A DNA stretch of 47,013 bases. Origin: Candidatus Sumerlaeia bacterium (lineage in GTDB: Bacteria > Sumerlaeota > Sumerlaeia > SLMS01 > JAHLLQ01). Positions within the stretch are counted from its first letter, which is position 1. Each line of letters opens with the position of its first letter. The position numbers and the translations under genes were made by a program. Below are positions 45,841-47,013 of the stretch, piece after piece. Under the pieces are notes generated by a model. It searched no databases. It had not been told where the DNA came from and saw only the letters and a program-made list of their open reading frames with translations. The DNA lies in assembly GCA_028284075.1 (NCBI GenBank), contig JANQSL010000192.1, positions 1-47,013 of the forward strand, given 5' to 3'.

Positions 45841-46151
45841 GTGCACGGGAAGGCGAGCGTGTTCTCTGTCGGACGCCTGCGCCTGGCAAAAAACCCACAC
45901 GTATCCTGCGTTGGAAGTACGAGGTTGTGCGCCGTGCAATTCTTGCCAGCCTGCCGGAGTCCGAACCGGGCCTGCCCTTCAAGGATCTTTCGAGGTTTGT
46001 TGGGAGACAGCTTTCTCAACAGGAACAGGACGAACTCGGCTCTATTGGCTGGTATACGACGACCGTTAAGCTCGATATGGAGACCCGCGGTGAAATCAAA
46101 CGCATCGGAAAATCTTCCCCACAGCGTTTGATTCGCCTGGTGCATGAATAA
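45837..46151 (+). CDS. Hypothetical 104-aa protein translationally coupled (ATGA) to the tautomerase gene
   Basis: ORF with start overlap; basic N-terminus; no recognised domain. Confidence 0.4.
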   Translation: MSAREGERVLCRTPAPGKKPTRILRWKYEVVRRAILASLPESEPGLPFKDLSRFVGRQLSQQEQDELGSIGWYTTTVKLDMETRGEIKRIGKSSPQRLIRLVHE

Positions 46152-46192
46152 CTGTCCGGCTCGCAAGCAAGGCGCGGTCGACTCCTGCACTC

Positions 46193-47013
46193 CTACTGGA
46201 TGGCACCAACTGTATTCGCAAGGTCCGCCACCGTTTTGACACCAATGGTTCTGGCCTGTTGAACTTCATTGCCGGAGCGGTCGTAGAAAACCCAGGTCGG
46301 AACGCGATAGATACCAAGCTGCTGAGAGAGCTGCGGGTAATTTCTTGTTTCAATCCATGCCCATGCCGCACTCGGGAGAACCTGCTGAAACTCCGGGACC
46401 TGCAGGAATCCGTTTTGCTCGATGCAGGGCTGGGCTGATTCCAGATTGAAGTAGAGCACGAGAGGTTTGTTCTGCTGATCGGCCTCCGTTCTCGCATCAG
46501 CATAGGTCTTGAAGCCGGGTATGGCGCCTGTAGAGAGAGTGGATGCTGTGGTATAAGTCAGTGTCGTCCTGTTTTGTTGTCCGGACGTTGGGGCTGGAAA
46601 CGCGGCCACGGTGTTTTGGTGAGCACGTTGGGCGGCAAGCCATGCTTTTTCCGCGGCATCACGCGCGGGCCCGCCAAGCTTGAAAAAGAAATAGTCGCGC
46701 AGCAGCGGTTTTTGAATGCCAGGTCTGCCACCACCAAAGTAAATAGTGCCTCGCCGGTAATCCGGTGCCGCTGCATGGTAGGTCTTGTTGGGAACAAGAC
46801 CCGGGCGGCGAACCCATTCGCTCACTCCCAGTGGAGTCACGGCGGCATACCAGAGATCGCTGCTTTGTACGGCGTTCGTATAGCGGGGAGAAAAAGACAT
46901 CAGGTAACTGCCGACAACCGAACTCGATGCTCCGTAGATCCCGACCGGCAACGACCGGGACTCACGGCGCCAGTTTCCAAGTTTGCCGGATCCGAGGATG
47001 GCGGCTGAAAACA
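46193..47013 (-). CDS. Secreted thioredoxin-fold-like protein, possibly 5'-truncated by the window edge
   Basis: C-terminal KPLVLYFNLESAQPCIEQNG...LGIYRVPTWVFYDRSGNEV resembles a thioredoxin-like fold with a degenerate CxxC (single Cys). The reading frame stays open upstream of the first ATG to the window end. Confidence 0.45.
   Translation of the reverse strand, partial: FSAAILGSGKLGNWRRESRSLPVGIYGASSSVVGSYLMSFSPRYTNAVQSSDLWYAAVTPLGVSEWVRRPGLVPNKTYHAAAPDYRRGTIYFGGGRPGIQKPLLRDYFFFKLGGPARDAAEKAWLAAQRAHQNTVAAFPAPTSGQQNRTTLTYTTASTLSTGAIPGFKTYADARTEADQQNKPLVLYFNLESAQPCIEQNGFLQVPEFQQVLPSAAWAWIETRNYPQLSQQLGIYRVPTWVFYDRSGNEVQQARTIGVKTVADLANTVGAIQ

Noticed and set aside
43115-47013. Possible prophage remnant suggested by the S74 tail-fibre-like gene
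   Set aside because: No integrase, terminase, capsid, portal or baseplate genes and no att-like repeats; the neighbours are a tautomerase and a thioredoxin-like gene. Treated as a stand-alone cellular gene.
1-47013. CRISPR arrays, tRNA and rRNA genes
   Set aside because: No direct-repeat/spacer periodicity and no cloverleaf-like candidates in the intergenic regions. The only notable non-coding segments are the leaders and hairpins listed above. Not checked with tRNAscan or Infernal.

Overview
This is a GC-rich (~60%), very compact bacterial window with short or overlapping gene junctions. The gene content fits a PVC-superphylum organism (Verrucomicrobia or Planctomycetes-like); that is an inference from gene content, not a search result. 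I found no rRNA, tRNA or CRISPR array by eye. In order, the window contains:

- The 3' end of an MMPL/RND-type membrane protein gene.
- A ribosomal protein L33 with a single Cys (the zinc-independent C- form), immediately followed by a ZnuA/TroA-fold lipoprotein whose metal-binding histidines are replaced.
- A large polytopic membrane protein.
- A TPR plus zincin-like metallopeptidase fusion.
- A radical-SAM enzyme with a Cys-rich C-terminal domain, next to HU.
- An orphan PAS histidine kinase.
- An ABC-2-type exporter operon: a membrane-anchored unknown protein, the ATPase and a 570-aa permease.
- Three tandem CNNM/CorC (DUF21-CBS) transporter paralogs.
- A complete TonB2/Ttp-type energy-transduction cluster (DUF3450/TtpB-like, TtpC-like large MotA/ExbB protein, ExbB, ExbD, TonB, TPR TtpD-like).
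- After that cluster: a Sel1-repeat protein, a secreted beta-helix protein, a helical protein, a TonB-dependent receptor with a carboxypeptidase-regulatory N-domain, and a tightly linked Omp85 (POTRA) outer-membrane protein.
- A long minus-strand operon that is a PVM-type (Planctomycetes-Verrucomicrobia) bacterial microcompartment locus: 3 BMC-H genes, 3 BMC-P genes, PduL, a CoA-acylating aldehyde dehydrogenase, and a class II aldolase with a C-terminal encapsulation peptide. It continues directly into an LDH/MDH-family dehydrogenase, galT and galK.
- Upstream of the BMC promoter, a translationally coupled three-gene operon of unknown function: a 4-TM membrane protein, an arrestin-like small protein and an Hda/DnaA-like P-loop NTPase.
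- A secreted tail-fibre-like protein ending in a Peptidase-S74 intramolecular-chaperone domain, with no other phage genes nearby.
- A 4-oxalocrotonate-tautomerase-family protein and a thioredoxin-fold protein at the right edge.

The candidates I consider most worth follow-up are the membrane/arrestin-like/P-loop operon next to the BMC locus, the BMC operon that feeds into Leloir and LDH/MDH genes, the L33 plus histidine-less ZnuA-fold pair, the TBDR-Omp85 pair, and the radical-SAM enzyme. All assignments rest on motif recognition by eye; no database search was run.
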